64,000 nucleotides of DNA from Gekko japonicus (lineage: Eukaryota): positions 62,001 through 126,000 of the forward strand of contig NW_015165283.1 in NCBI RefSeq assembly GCF_001447785.1, written 5' to 3'. Numbering within the stretch: position 1 is the stretch's first letter; each line of letters opens with the position of its first letter. This document shows, in pieces, positions 37,316 to 49,664 of this stretch. Below the pieces are notes generated by a model, which saw only the letters and a program-made list of their open reading frames with translations, was not told the origin of the DNA and made no database searches. The position numbers and the translations under genes were made by a program.

Positions 37316-37908
37316 TAGGGATGGGCACAAACCACTACAGTTTGTGATGAATTTTGGCTGGTTCACGGTTCATGAACTCAAGTTCATGGCAGGTCAACCT
37401 GCTTGTGGCAGTTCATGCCAGTTTGTGAATGGATACATTTACAGACAGACTGTCTCTGTGCAATCTAAATGTTGACCAAACTTCAAAGCAAAAGAGGGGT
37501 GGAAATTGGAGGGCAGGTAGAGAAGCATCCAGGAGAGGTCCCTTGAGATTTTGATGGCCCTAGCTTGCATAGGATCTATTTTACACACTCCTGAACTGGC
37601 ACCTGTCATTTCCCCAGAAAGCTCTTTCCTCAGGTAACCTTCTTTTTTTGGGGGGGGGGCATAACTCAGACCCTGTAAAACCAGTCCTCACAAAACTTGA
37701 AGGACAGATAGAGGTGAGTCAGCTGGAGATCCCCTGCAAGTATGTTGTCTCTAGCACACCGGGGGGGGGGGCTTTCTACCACATCACAAACCTCATGAAC
37801 CAAACCAGTTTGTATGGTGGCTAAAAATCCATTGCGGTTTTTGGTTTAAACTGGTCATGCCATGAACCATGGACCAAATCGTATTTTTCTGGTTCATGCC
37901 CATCCCTA
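37316..37908. mobile_element. 593-bp non-autonomous hAT (Ac-like TIR TAGGGATG)
   Basis: TIRs tagggatgggca / tgcccatcccta; perfect 8-bp TSD tgtggaac; subterminal catgaac/gttcatg repeats. Confidence 0.93.
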
Positions 37909-38443
37909 TGTGGAACCATATCATAGGAATTGTTTTTCCTATAGTTTCCCCCCCCCCAGAGTAGAATTCTGCTTTATATTGTATGTATTGATCTTTGTAG
38001 AGCTCACCTGATTCTGATATTCATCTGAGATGATAGTGGACATTTTTAATATATAGCAGTAAGTTGCAGTAAGGCTATTTTGGTTATTCATGGGCATCAA
38101 CAATAGCCTTCCTAAACAAAACTCACCATTATAGTGATGCCTTAATTAATCTCTTTTAAAAAAACAAAAAAAACCCCTCTGTTGCTGATAAGCTATGGGT
38201 TGAATCCAGGCAACTTTTCTGCTTGTGAATGAGAGGACCCCTTTGACCACCTGAAATGGTTATGCTGGGAATCATGGGGCCTGCATGGAGATGAAGGGTG
38301 TAGTAAGGAGGAGAATTAGGGAAGATGAATGAAAAAGCTGGCTGGATCAAACCCATTTAGCTTTTATTTTACTTAGCTTTTCCAGTATAGTAATATTAAA
38401 ATATTCAGCAATATTCCAATGTTAGTGTTCAACTAAAAGCTGG

Positions 38444-38812
38444 ATAGAATCATAGAATCACAGAGTCAGAAGGGGCCATACAGGTCATCTAATCCAACCC
38501 GCTGCTCAATGTAAGATCAGCCTAGAGCATCCTGGACAAGTGTTTGTCCAGATACTGCTTAAAGACTGCTAGTGAAGGGGAGCTCATCACCTCCTTAGGT
38601 AGCTGATTCCACTGTTGAACAACTCTTACTTTAAAAACGTTTTTTCCTAATATCCAGCCGGTACCTTCACACCCTTAATTTAAACCCATTATTGCAATTC
38701 CTATCCTCTGATGCCAACAGGAACAACTCCCTGCCCTCCTCTCAGTGACAGCCCTTCAAATACTGACAGAGGGCAATCATATCCACCCTCAACCTTCTCT
38801 TCTCCAGACTGA
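38444..38812 (-). mobile_element. CR1 3' fragment
   Basis: (ATTCTATG)n tail read as atagaatcatagaatc; homologous to 16031-16490. Confidence 0.9.
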
Positions 38813-39472
38813 TCACCCAACAGTTTTAGGTATTTCATGACCTAGTCACTGCTAGACAGCTTCATATTCCAAGTGCAGGGTTCGCACATTCAAATGCTCC
38901 ATGAAGAGTTAGCTGCACGTATTGTAGTTTTCTATATGGTGGAATATTTTTTTAGAATATAGGAGCCTTTAGTCATACAGGCCTCCCCCCTCCACTCTGA
39001 ATTGCTACATCCCAGTCACAGGTTTATCTCCCTACCAAGAACTAGGCCAAAGCAGTGAAACCAAGTTGAAGTGTGAACCCTTCAGTCAAGACAAAAGTTT
39101 TGGATGTGCATTTTGATTGCATCTCTCCAGAGTCATTCTACAGAGTGTGTCAAAAATATCTTCACATGCAAGATCTAGACTGCTAAATAAATTAGCAATT
39201 TATTCTCCTTATTCCATTTGGCATTGCCACTGGATTTGCTCTTTCTTTGCCCCTTATATATCCTCCTTTGTGACACTTCTCAACACAGGGCTAATTTAGA
39301 GGAAATACAAGATAATTGACAATTTGGACACCCTGAGGAATGAGATAATGGCCTTGGCCTTCCTGGGAGGCTGGCATAGATATAGGCTGCTAGTGTTTAA
39401 TGATATGAGACTCTGGTGTGGCTGTATCTTGAACAGTCTTGGGCTCTTTTTGTCTTACAGATGAAACCTTAC

Positions 39473-39602
39473 CTTTCAGAACACGGAAGACTCTGTTAAT
39501 AAGAGGGGGACTCTGTTGTGCAGTCAGAAGTTTAATTGATTCATCCTCATTTCTTTTTATATTTGAACCTGTTGTACAACTACATAGAAGGTGCAATATT
39601 TC
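39473..39602 (-). CDS. Weak candidate exon (EILHLLCSCTTGSNIKRNEDESIKLLTAQQSPPLINRVFRVLK)
   Basis: Acceptor ttcttgcag, donor G|gtaagg, open frame; no homology recognised. Confidence 0.15.
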
Positions 39603-40081
39603 CTGCAAGAATACCTTTCACCACTCTTTGGAAAGTGTGGATTCATCTCTTGAGTAGGGATGTCTGCTAGGATCACTTCTCCAGAAGGTTACTTGCCAGC
39701 CTTTTATGTCTAATGAAAATGATATAATAATCCAGTGTTTATACATACATTCATATGTCACAGTGAAATGCCCCAGTCATGGTATAAGCACACAGCAATG
39801 CAGTTGTATCCCAAGAGAGTAGTTGAGGATACTCATTTTGACCTACATTACAAAGCAGATGGAACTATGCACCCAGTTTCTATGTTGTTCAAAGTCCAGC
39901 AAGGAATCTGCAGATGTATGTCACTTGTTGGATTGCAGAAAAAATATATGACTCATTTCTTACCTTACTAAGACTGCATTCCTATAAACACTTAATAGAT
40001 TGTAAGTTCCATTGAATTACAGGGGACATTCTTTTGAGTAAACATGCATAGGATCAAGCTGCTAGTTTATTTAGATATATT

Positions 40082-40428
40082 AGGTAAAGGTAAAGGTTCC
40101 CTTGCTCGAAAGCCAGTCGAATCCGACTCTAAGGTTGTGGTGCTCATCTCCGTTTCAAAGCCGAAGAGCCAGCGCTGTCCGAAGACGTTTCCATGGTCAT
40201 GTGGCCGGCATGACTAAACACCAAGGAGCACGGAACGCTGTTACCTTCCCACCGAAGTGGTACCTATTTATCTACTTGCAATTTCTTGCTTTCGAACTGC
40301 TAGGTTGGCGGGAGCTGGAACTAGAGACGGGAGCCCACTCCGTCATGCGGCACCCGGGTCTTGAACTGCTGAACTACCGACCTTCCACAGCCTGCAGTTC
40401 AGCGTCTTAACCACTTGAGCCACCACTC
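40082..40428 (-). mobile_element. Sauria SINE (young)
   Basis: aggtaaaggtaaaggttccc tail; closely similar to 63621-63967. Confidence 0.92.
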
Positions 40429-41984
40429 AATCACCAGTGGAATTCTTTTAAGGCACTTACCATGTGCTAGTGGTGCAAAGCAGTGGATAAAGAACATAAA
40501 ATGGGATGGAAAGGTATGTCGGTGAGAGAGTAGGAAAAGAAATAGTTGTCTTAAAAGCAGATGTGAAGATGCTGATGCAGTATTGTGCTTCATGATAGGG
40601 TAAATTGAAAGCTTCCTCTAGTATTTTGACAGACAAACAAATTGACAGTATGTCTTCTGGGACTATTGGTAGAATGGTAAATACCCTCCCCCCAACATAA
40701 TTGAGACTGCAGTCTGTTACACATTACATTTTCCTGTGGTGAGCCACTATGATATGGTGCCTCCTTTCATCCTGCTGGCTTACTTCATGAACTCTGTACA
40801 TATGACCCCTCTCTGTGTTGATTGATCGTGTGGAAAGGGAGACTGGGCATGAGCATGATGGCTTTACTCACCACCTCTGCATTATCGTCAGGTTATGAGC
40901 ATGGCACTTACATGTGGAGGCAGTGTCCATGTGTATGTTCCCTCCCTGTGTTTGCCAACATGTGGAAAGTAGTGTCCTCAGTCATGAAGGGAGAGTGTAT
41001 GCATGAAGACTGCCTTCACACATAGATGGCCCTCCATACATGTTCAGTCACCACGTGGAGGGGTCATGTGTAGATGCTACGAATAGTCATGATCATGTGG
41101 AGCATTTCTTTGCCAGTACTGGATATCCCTGAAAATAACTGTCATTGTATGGAAATAGTTTGATCCAGAGGATCCATTGGCTAAGTGTTCTTAAACAATG
41201 TGAGAAGAGTCCATTTCCAAGAGACATATTTCTTCCTCTGTGCTGTAGCATTTATAACACTCACCACATGATCAACACAAACTATCAATTGCCAAGTGTA
41301 AATTTCAACACGTATATAATCACCTGCTAAGTCTGTCATCTGTATTGACCTGCCAAGTGGTAAGGAAAATTTAGCATCCTATTTCCAACAGTGACCAGCC
41401 AGAAGACCTAGTGGAGTGTACAAGCAGAGCCCACAGACGTCCTTACCTAGTGAAGCTCCCAGCATTTGACAGTCAGAGACATTATGCTTCTAAACATGGA
41501 GGCCCTATTCGGCTACCATGACTAACAGCCAACAATCCAATAGCCAATGTAAATCTGTCCAACCTCCTTATCAATACATCTAATGAGCTGTTCAAAGTTT
41601 TGAGTAGCTTTTCATCTGCATAAGTGATGGGATTAAGCCTGGTCGCTGTTAGCACATGCTCACAATCTACTGGCTAACTTGGTTTATATATGTCCCAATG
41701 TTTTCATGCACCATTGAAAACCAGCTACGTTTTGAATGTATGTGTTGTGTTTGTGCCTGTGCAGTTGGTGGCATGTTGGTGCATGATCAGAGTTCGTTGG
41801 ATTAAAGTACATACCCCAATTACAGTGAAATGATGTACAAGACAAAGTGTTGGGAGTCAAATAGGCAAGGGGGGAATCCTACAGACCCCATCCATACAGC
41901 CTCCCCACCACCATTTTCCCAGCACAATCAAGACAATAAAAAGTACCTCTTCTGTAAATTATAACTATTCAGTATGTTTTGACC

Positions 41985-42195
41985 CCACTCTTCCTCTAAG
42001 ATGTTTTAAGCAGCATACATGGTTCTCTCTCTTCCATTTAATCTTCACAGTAACTCCAAGAGGCAGTTGAGAGAGAGAGAGAGAGAGAGAGAGGTTTCCC
42101 AATGAGTTTCATGGTGAGTGGGGAGTTGAACCTGCATATCCCATATCCTAGTGCAATACTGTTTCCACTACACTACACTATACTACACTGGCTCT
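41985..42195 (-). mobile_element. Old tRNA SINE (Squam3/MIR-like) containing (GA)n
   Basis: atcttcacagtaactc...gagtttcatgg..gagtggg...ccactacactacactatactacactggctctc. Confidence 0.65.
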
Positions 42196-42264
42196 CCAGT
42201 TATTTTTTTTCCCCTGCAGTTGAGTGGAAGACAGAGAATAGAGAGCTTCAAGAAAATACATGCT

Positions 42265-44046
42265 GGGACTTCCGGTTTTGGCAACTCAATGGCAGATTTG
42301 TTTCTTGTGTGCTCCTGAGGACACGATCCGTGAATGAGCAGATTGAGAGGGGGTGTGATCGTATGCAACCCCACAGGGGCCCGTCCAAGGGCTCCAAGCC
42401 ATGGGGTGCTGAGGGTCGCCTCTCCACCGGTGCATTGCCGGGGGATTGAGGCACACCAAATGCCACGAAGCTCTCGCCACTGCGTTCCCACACTGGGACT
42501 AAGAGGTGCAGACCAGGACAAGCGTGTGGAGATCGAGCGCTTTAAACGTTTGAAGGCGAGATCAACATGATCAACATTAAAAGTGAGTCTGGTTGAAACA
42601 AGCACCAGAGAACCGGCTGAAAGTCCCCCTTAAACTAAGCAAGGGGGAGGGCGGGTACCCCCCCCATGGAATTAAAATGGACTAAAAGCATGATTGTTTG
42701 AGGGGGATGGAACAAAAGGAGATTTGGGACTAAAGTAAGGAACTTACAAGAGATTTCCAAGCATTTTCCAGACTTTAGAGACTTTTGGCAAAATAGAGTA
42801 AATGTAAGCATCCTCAATGATGTCACACAAAAACACAGAGAAAGACAAGCTTGCGAAACCTAAGCCTCCTTGAGGAAGTGCGAGCCCAGCGAGTGCAGTC
42901 ACGCGACCAGACACAACCATAGACTTTTCAAAAATGCGAACAGAGGCTTTGCGACCCCTGCTGGAGCAAATGAAAATGCTCAATGAAAATTTTGCCGCAC
43001 AACAACAACAGCTAAACGAAACTGGAAAAAACCAGAGCAAACAGCAGAGAATTGGAAAGAAGTGGATGTCACTACAAAAAAACTTTAAAAACAAATGCAA
43101 TAAATGGAAAAGAAGAGAAGCTCTGATGAAGCACAATTACTACAAATGGAAAAGGCAAGCTTTATCCTGAGGTTTCAGGGGGTTCCTGAGATTAAAGGGA
43201 AGAACCTCAAACAGACTATGGCTGATGCTTTGGGACGGGTTGCAGATTTAAAAGCGGATTTCCTTTTAAGCAAGATGGATGTGATCTATAGGTCATATTC
43301 AGAATATATAAACAAAAATAATCTGCCCGGGGAGGTGGTGGTGAGGTTCTCCAGAAGACAAGTGAGGGACCAGATCCTAAAAGCTACAAGTGGAACTACC
43401 CTTAAAATCGATGGTAATGAGATAAGAGTTTTAAAAGACATTCCCTTTGAAATAAGAAAAAAGAGGAATAAATACAGAGACTTGGCAGTGTTTTTACCAA
43501 AGAATAACATCTCTTACAAATGGATTCTACTGGAAGGATTACTCTTCAAATATAAAGGCAAGAAAGAAAAAATTGACTCTGTTATGAAAGCACAAGAGTT
43601 TTTGAGGCAGCCATCGGGACCAGTGGGAGAAGATGATGAGGACAAAGGGAACGACGATGAATCACCTGCTGAAGAAGGCTCAGACTCGGAACTTGAAGCG
43701 GCTGCTCCTAAGCAAGGCTACCATTTAAGAGAAAGAAGACATAAAAAATGAGATGCTGATTCTCTCTGAAGTTTGCTTTTAACTTTATAATAGACTCTTG
43801 TTTAGAACCTTACCAAGTCAGATTACCTGGACTCCAAGTACATAAGCTAGTTTTATAATTCACTTGCAGTGTAATAATATAACCTTAAATATTACGAGCT
43901 AAGATATGTAACAATTGTAGTATCTCCACCTCTTGGGTTTTTAGTGGTTATGCTTTACATTCTCCCATAGTTTGTAGTTTCCCCATCCAGTTTTTTCTTG
44001 TAGTTTTAGAAAATTAAAAAAAAATGTTAAAAAAATAAAATAAAAT
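42265..44046 (+). mobile_element. L1-clade ORF1-only element (HAL1-like), bounded at both ends
   Basis: 12-bp TSD aaaatacatgct (42253-42264, 44047-44058), 5' end gggacttccgg, ~550-bp 5' UTR, ORF1 42820-43751, ~295-bp 3' UTR and an A-rich tail; no ORF2. Confidence 0.88.
42820..43751 (+). pseudogene. L1 ORF1p (coiled coil, RRM, CTD, acidic tail) with a TGA at 42871 and a frameshift and stops near 43030-43100
   Basis: LRFQGVPE...DVIYR...LPGEVVVRFSRRQVRDQIL...IRVLKDIP..IRKKR..Y....FL...ISYKW...EGL (L1 ORF1 RRM/CTD); tail EDDEDKGNDDESPAEEGSDSE. Confidence 0.88.
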
Positions 44047-44907
44047 AAAATACATGCTAAAGCATTTACAATATGATCTGGAATGCCTGATAAAACTTTT
44101 TGAGCATTTGTGCAGCAGAGTGTTGTCCCATCACTGCTTCTACCAAGTTCTCAGTAAATAAACAGATATTAATATGACACGATCTGCTTCAAGTGCTCTC
44201 TTCTCATCCAAAGGAAACTAAACCTTGTAGCACTGCACTAAAACCTCTTGCTGCTTGGGAAAATGGGGACCCCCCCCAATATTTTTTGTTAGAGAATATT
44301 ATTCTACTGTGAAATTATGGGACTGATTGAATGTTGAGTTAGTTGAGATGTGGTTGTGCCACATTCTTAATAGCTGCCAAAGAGAGGGTAGTTCTTTTGC
44401 TATGCTTTCCCTTCAGCAAACATTGCCACAGCATACAATTTTAAATAAGAAGTCTGCTTCTGACACTATTCTACAGGTAATTGATTTAAGGTCAGGTGTT
44501 TAGTGACATGTAAGCAGGATAAATATGGACTTGTTGTAGAGGTACATTATATTTTAGCTGATCTTTTCTGTAAACATTTATTCATTTTTGTTCCTGAGTT
44601 TAAGCCTTAAAATAAGGTTTATAAATGTAAGCAAAAATTACACCTTTAAACAAGCAATAGTTCAGGACTTAGATACTGGTATAAAATAAGGTTTCATACA
44701 CAGAGAAGCAAGTTCTCCTGAGGGCCTATTAAGAGCAGTGTAGCAACAATCATATACCATTTGAATTATAGACTTATTTCTATTTCTCTACATCTGATTT
44801 CCATACATTTTGAGCTGATTCACACATGCTTGTAGAGAATTTCTCTAAAGCTGATGATTGTATATATCTGATGATTTGGCACTGAACATGTGACTTGACT
44901 TCCTTTG

Positions 44908-45188
44908 GAGAGCCAGTTTGGTGTAGTGGTTAAGTGTGCAGACTCTAATCTGGGAGAACCGGGTTTGATTCCCAACTCCTCCACTTGCACCTGCTGATGT
45001 GACCTTGGGTCAGTCACAAGCTCTGGCACAGCTGTCCTTGAAACAGGGCAGTTTGTGTCAGAGCTCTCCCAGCCCCACCCACCTCACAGGGTGTCTGTTG
45101 TGGGGAGGGGAAGGGAAAGGAGTTTGTAAGCCGCTCTGAGACTCCAAGTGAAGGGCGGGGTATAAATCCAATCTCCTCCTCCTCCTCC
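44908..45188 (+). mobile_element. Full-length Squam3-like tRNA-derived SINE
   Basis: A box tggtgtagtgg, B-box-like ggtttgattcc, L2-type tail tgtaagccgctctgag...gggtataaat(ctc)n, TSD tcctttg. Confidence 0.92.
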
Positions 45189-46090
45189 TCCTTTGAAAGC
45201 ATTGTGTTTGAGCTGGTGATATCTAATTTACCCTATGTTTTGTAATGTTCAGAGCAACTTACAAATTATATTTAAACAACCATCCCTGAAACATTAAAAT
45301 ATCAGATAATTAACTATGTCAATAAATTAAGAAAACAGTACATAAATAACTAGTATAGATCAGCAATTTAAATCTTTAAAAACAGAACATATGCAGAGGA
45401 TTCTCATTGCCAGATGTTATATATGTGGCCTCATTAGTGCTGAAGTTATTTCCCAAGAACTCAACAGCAACCAAGCAGCCAGAGAACGCTCGTCATTTTT
45501 TTACTGTGCTGAGAGTCAAGGAACAGGAAATAAAAACTAAAGGAGGGTAATATTTAAAGGAATGATGCATCACAATTTGGATCTTTAAAATAAAAAAAAT
45601 CATAAAGCAACCAGAGTGCAGCTCAACAAGACAAAAGTCACAACTGGGGAAAAAACAACTACATCTTAAACCAAAGTCATCACCTGCTGAGTCAACCCAG
45701 ATAATGTCCTAGACAAACCTCAAGGGAGAGAGAGTTCCACAGACATAGTATTGAGAAGACCTTGGCCAAGGTCACTACTGCCTCCCTGCAGAAGAGCCTC
45801 TCTGCAAGTTTTCATCACTTAATCAAGACTTAGTCAATATATAACATCACTCCAGATTAAAGGGTTGATGGAGCACTGGAAATGTTGTCCTTTGCATAGG
45901 TGCCACTGTGTGTGTGTTTCCCATCGAAGTGTTCTCACTGCTCCAGTCTGTTGCACTCCCATGGGTCTCAGGCTTGATTGACAGTTGTGGTTCTCACTCT
46001 GCGAGGCAGAACAGCTGGGTGGAAGGAAAAGAAACATTCCAAGCATAGATAAGATTCTGAGGTAAGTGCAGCTTTCACCCCCCCCCCCCA

Positions 46091-46310
46091 AGGTTGCTAT
46101 TCTCCAGGGGGTGGTTGGAGATCTCCTGGAATTACAACTAGTCTCCAGGTAACAGAGATTAGTTCACCTGTAGAAAATGGCTGCTTTGGAAGGTGTACTC
46201 TATGGCATTATACCCCACTCCTTCCCAAGTCCCTCTCCTTCCCAAGCCCCACCCATCCTAGGCTCCGCCCCCCAAATCTCCAGAAATTACCCAACCCAGA
46301 GCTGGCCTAC
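46091..46310. mobile_element. TAGGGTTGCCA-family MITE (degraded)
   Basis: ggttgc...ggagatctcctggaattacaact...tatggcattataccc...ccccaaatctccag. Confidence 0.75.
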
Positions 46311-46752
46311 CACCACATCGGCTAAGATCTAGGAAAGCTGAACTTGATTGGTCGAGAACCCTACACTGGATTTGTGGGGTGACTGCAGCTTCATTGTTAC
46401 ATGATTCCCCAATACTTTGGAAAACAGAAGTCAAGGGGGAGGTACCTTCCTGCCCATTTTCACCTACAGAAATCCTTTTCCTGAAGCCCAAATTAATGCT
46501 GCAGTAGAAAAATGTGATTCCATATATTCCTTGCAGATAATTTACTAATTTCTCAAGTAGCTTTTATTGCAAAGTAAAGGAGAGGAGGAAAAGGTGTAGA
46601 AAACAGCACAGCTGTAAAATCAGTTTAACTGACAATTGATATTTGGAATGAGTTCAAGTTGCTATTGAGTTTTTTTGTATCTCAGGCTGCCGATGTGTCT
46701 CTTCAGCGATATTTGAATGTCTAATAATAATGATGATGATGATGATGATGAA

Positions 46753-47066
46753 ATGTTATTGTTGCTCTTCAGGTTAGATCTGCAAGGCATTTCTGACAGA
46801 GTAGACAATGATGTGTTGTTAGATCGTCTGGAATCAAGAGACAGGATTTTTAAAGGAAGACATTAAATTGGTTAGAAATGTAATTATCTTTGTCAGCAAA
46901 CTCTCCAGCTGTATCAGGTATATAGCTCATCAGAAACACTTCTATAAAATATGTTTTCCTTCTGGGATCTATTGCTGTCCTTTTATTTGTGTATCTCTAC
47001 ACTTTGCTTGGCAGCATTATTAATAGATCCAGGCTATGTTATCACGTTGCTACTGATAATGCTCAG
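46753..47066 (+). mobile_element. Ancient L2 RT remnant (absent from the ORF track)
   Basis: LLFRLDLQGISDRVDNDVLLDRLES (cf. LLDLSAAFDTVDH.ILL.RL) and GSIAVLLFVYLYTLLGSIINRSRLCYHVATDNAQ (cf. GSILGPLLF.IY..LG.II..HGL.YH.YADDTQ). Confidence 0.7.
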
Positions 47067-48947
47067 AAGAACTAACTAGTTCTTAAAGACCCAAACAAAG
47101 CACTCTCATCTGACACTTTGCTTTATTAAATTTGAATTGAATTGATTTTTTAGATCAGCATTCAGAAGGCTGATCTACTTCATCCTGATGTAAAATGCTC
47201 TTGATATTAACCTTCCCTTGCTTATCTTCTAGTTGATCATGCTTATCTTTCTACCTAGAATTTACATTTTGTTCTGATAAGAGGGGGAAAGAAATTCTTA
47301 TGGCTTAAAAAACATTGCAATAACCAAGGATTGTATCCAGACTGAATTGGCAGTTTTTACTGATTCCCACTTTTTGCTGCAGACATTCCTCACATTGTTC
47401 CTCAGAGCCTCCTGTCCCCAAGAGCAGCATTTATTGGTGATCAGCTGGCTGCCATGGGAAGTGGGGAGGCAAGAAATTGCCATTCTAGTGATAGAAAATT
47501 TGGTCTAGATCCAACCCTGAATCTGTTTACAAGGAAAACTTAACATGGCGAGAGATCTCTGTAGTGCAGCCACTTCCACTTGCTCTTATTAAACATGCCT
47601 CCCAATGCTTAAATCAAGATGCACCCAAATAACTGTTCCTATTAAAATTACTAGTTCAATTCTAAAAAGATTTGCATGTTTCTAAGTACATGGAAGTCAG
47701 TGGATTTAGAAGGGTGTTACTTGGCTGTAGATTGTGCTCTAAATCAGTTTTCAATGGTTGCATTCCATGGGGGTTCATATTGTTGCAAAAGAGTTGTGAT
47801 TTGACATGAATGTAGTTTTTATTGAGAATATTCTGAAGTTTCATAAAACAGTTATGAGTTACCACTCACAACTATACATTTCTTTAGAATGTCAAATGGA
47901 GGTGGTGAACTGCCATTTGAACATTTGACTGTGATATATCACAACGTTAATATGAACACCACCACCATACCACCATGTAGTAATTTCAGCACTTCATCTA
48001 AATGCACCACTGATGATTCTGAGGACTGAAACTGGGTATTTCTGGAATACATTGTGGAATACATTCCACTGATGGATATCATTTAGGTCTTTCAATTCTT
48101 CAACTGAATAATGGTCGGGGGGGGGGTTGATTTAAGTGGTAAAATATAAGATTCAGGGAGTAAGGGAGCAATTTAAAGTGGCATTGCTCCTGAAAGATGT
48201 ACATAATATTTCAAATATTTTTTGAAAAGATCCATGTTATACAATAGAAGTGTTTGTCAAATTGGTGCATTGTCAGTCAGAAACTTTGTTATACATGGGT
48301 TCTTTTATCATCTCACCATGTTGCTAAGCTTTTGACTGACAAGGAATGTTATTTTAAATAGATCTGACGTGTCATTAGGGTATAACAAGGGTTTTGACTG
48401 ACACCTTCACAAAAGAAATGTTACACCAACCACATACTGTAGAAGTACTTGTAATAATACTTATTATTCTTAACTGCCCCCCAAAATCAACACCATTTTT
48501 TAAAATCCCTTCTTGTTCAGGTTTCTCAGGTATAGTTATAGCAGAACTGTTGTGTGGTGACTGTGCAGGTTACACCTGAATTCAGCAGGGCTATAATTTG
48601 TGGTCTAGTTATCTCACTTGCAGTTGGCAGGGTTTTAATATCCACATAAAAGGGTATTTCACTGTCTGCACATCTCTGGTTTATTTTATATGTAGTGCAA
48701 AACCTCAGAATGTTCTCTTTAATAACTTGAAATTTTAATAAGGACCTAAGGAACAGTTGAAATGTGAGTGAACTTATATTTAAATGAGGGCTTTGAGAGC
48801 TTGGAGAGTCTAACTTGGTGAACTCTAATTAAATCCCACAAGGCCACCAGGTCTGCCTCCTTTGCTCTTGATAGTAAAAGTGAGGTCTTCAAAAAGAGTC
48901 CCCTGGCAGTATACAAGTGGGAGGAAAAAGAATCCTTCAACCCTGCA

Positions 48948-49032
48948 CTATAGCATTTTATAAAGCACGAATTCCAGAAGGAGTACCAGAGAGAGGAACA
49001 ATAGCAAGAGCATGAAAATGAAAACTCGCAAA
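48948..49032 (-). CDS. Candidate terminal exon encoding a hydrophobic tail anchor (LRVFIFMLLLLFLSLVLLLEFVLYKML*)
   Basis: Acceptor ttacttttaatactccatgcctatttttcag|T; 27 codons, including a ~17-residue hydrophobic run, then TAG. Gene not recognised. Confidence 0.3.
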
Positions 49033-49664
49033 CTGAAAAATAGGCATGGAGTATTAAAAGTAAATCTGTTAACATAGTTGTCTCACTGGACATACTGCAT
49101 TATATTGGGGTGAGGTAACAGCGAGTATACATCAACAACTTTAATTAAAAATAAATTTAGACCTTTACAGTTGAATGCCAGTTCTGTTAGTTAGTCATTT
49201 GAAGCCAAAAATTTGAGTACTGTACTGCAGCTGGAACTGTAGGGAAGGACAAGACTTTTCTGTTATTTCAATGGACATCTTTGCATTTCATAACAGTGGC
49301 ACCTACATATTGGTAGACAGGGACGAGAGGCACTTTGTGCCAAACAGGATCAGCAGACAAACATAGCATTTTGGACAGGCATGATCATATATGAATAAAG
49401 CCTTGGATATCTTTGCCTTGCAATGTCAGACTTGAGCAGCTGCCAAACAGTTTTCTGCTGTACAGTAGCTGTGGTGATGGACTTTCTTTTCCTCCCACAT
49501 TGCAGCTGTCTCTATATCTGTGCAGTAAATGAAATTGATTCTCCCCCTGGACCAGGGGTGCAACTCCAAAAGGTTGTGTGAAAATGCACATGCAAGGAAT
49601 AATGTTGAAAACATGGACTTAGATGAATACCAGAGGTAAGATTTTTTTTTAAAAAAAACAAAAT

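Noticed and set aside
43104-43751. Domesticated L1TD1-like host gene
   Set aside because: The upstream ORF has stops and a frameshift, and the unit has TSDs and a poly(A) tail.
44908-44980. tRNA gene
   Set aside because: The A/B boxes belong to a SINE head that continues into the SINE body.
48005-48040. Hammerhead-like ctgatgattctgaggactgaaac
   Set aside because: Stem II is mismatched, there is an extra base before GAAA and no clear cleavage triplet; at most an old relic.
48746-49093. 115-aa minus-strand ORF
   Set aside because: No homology recognised; a different frame after the acceptor gives the more plausible TM peptide.
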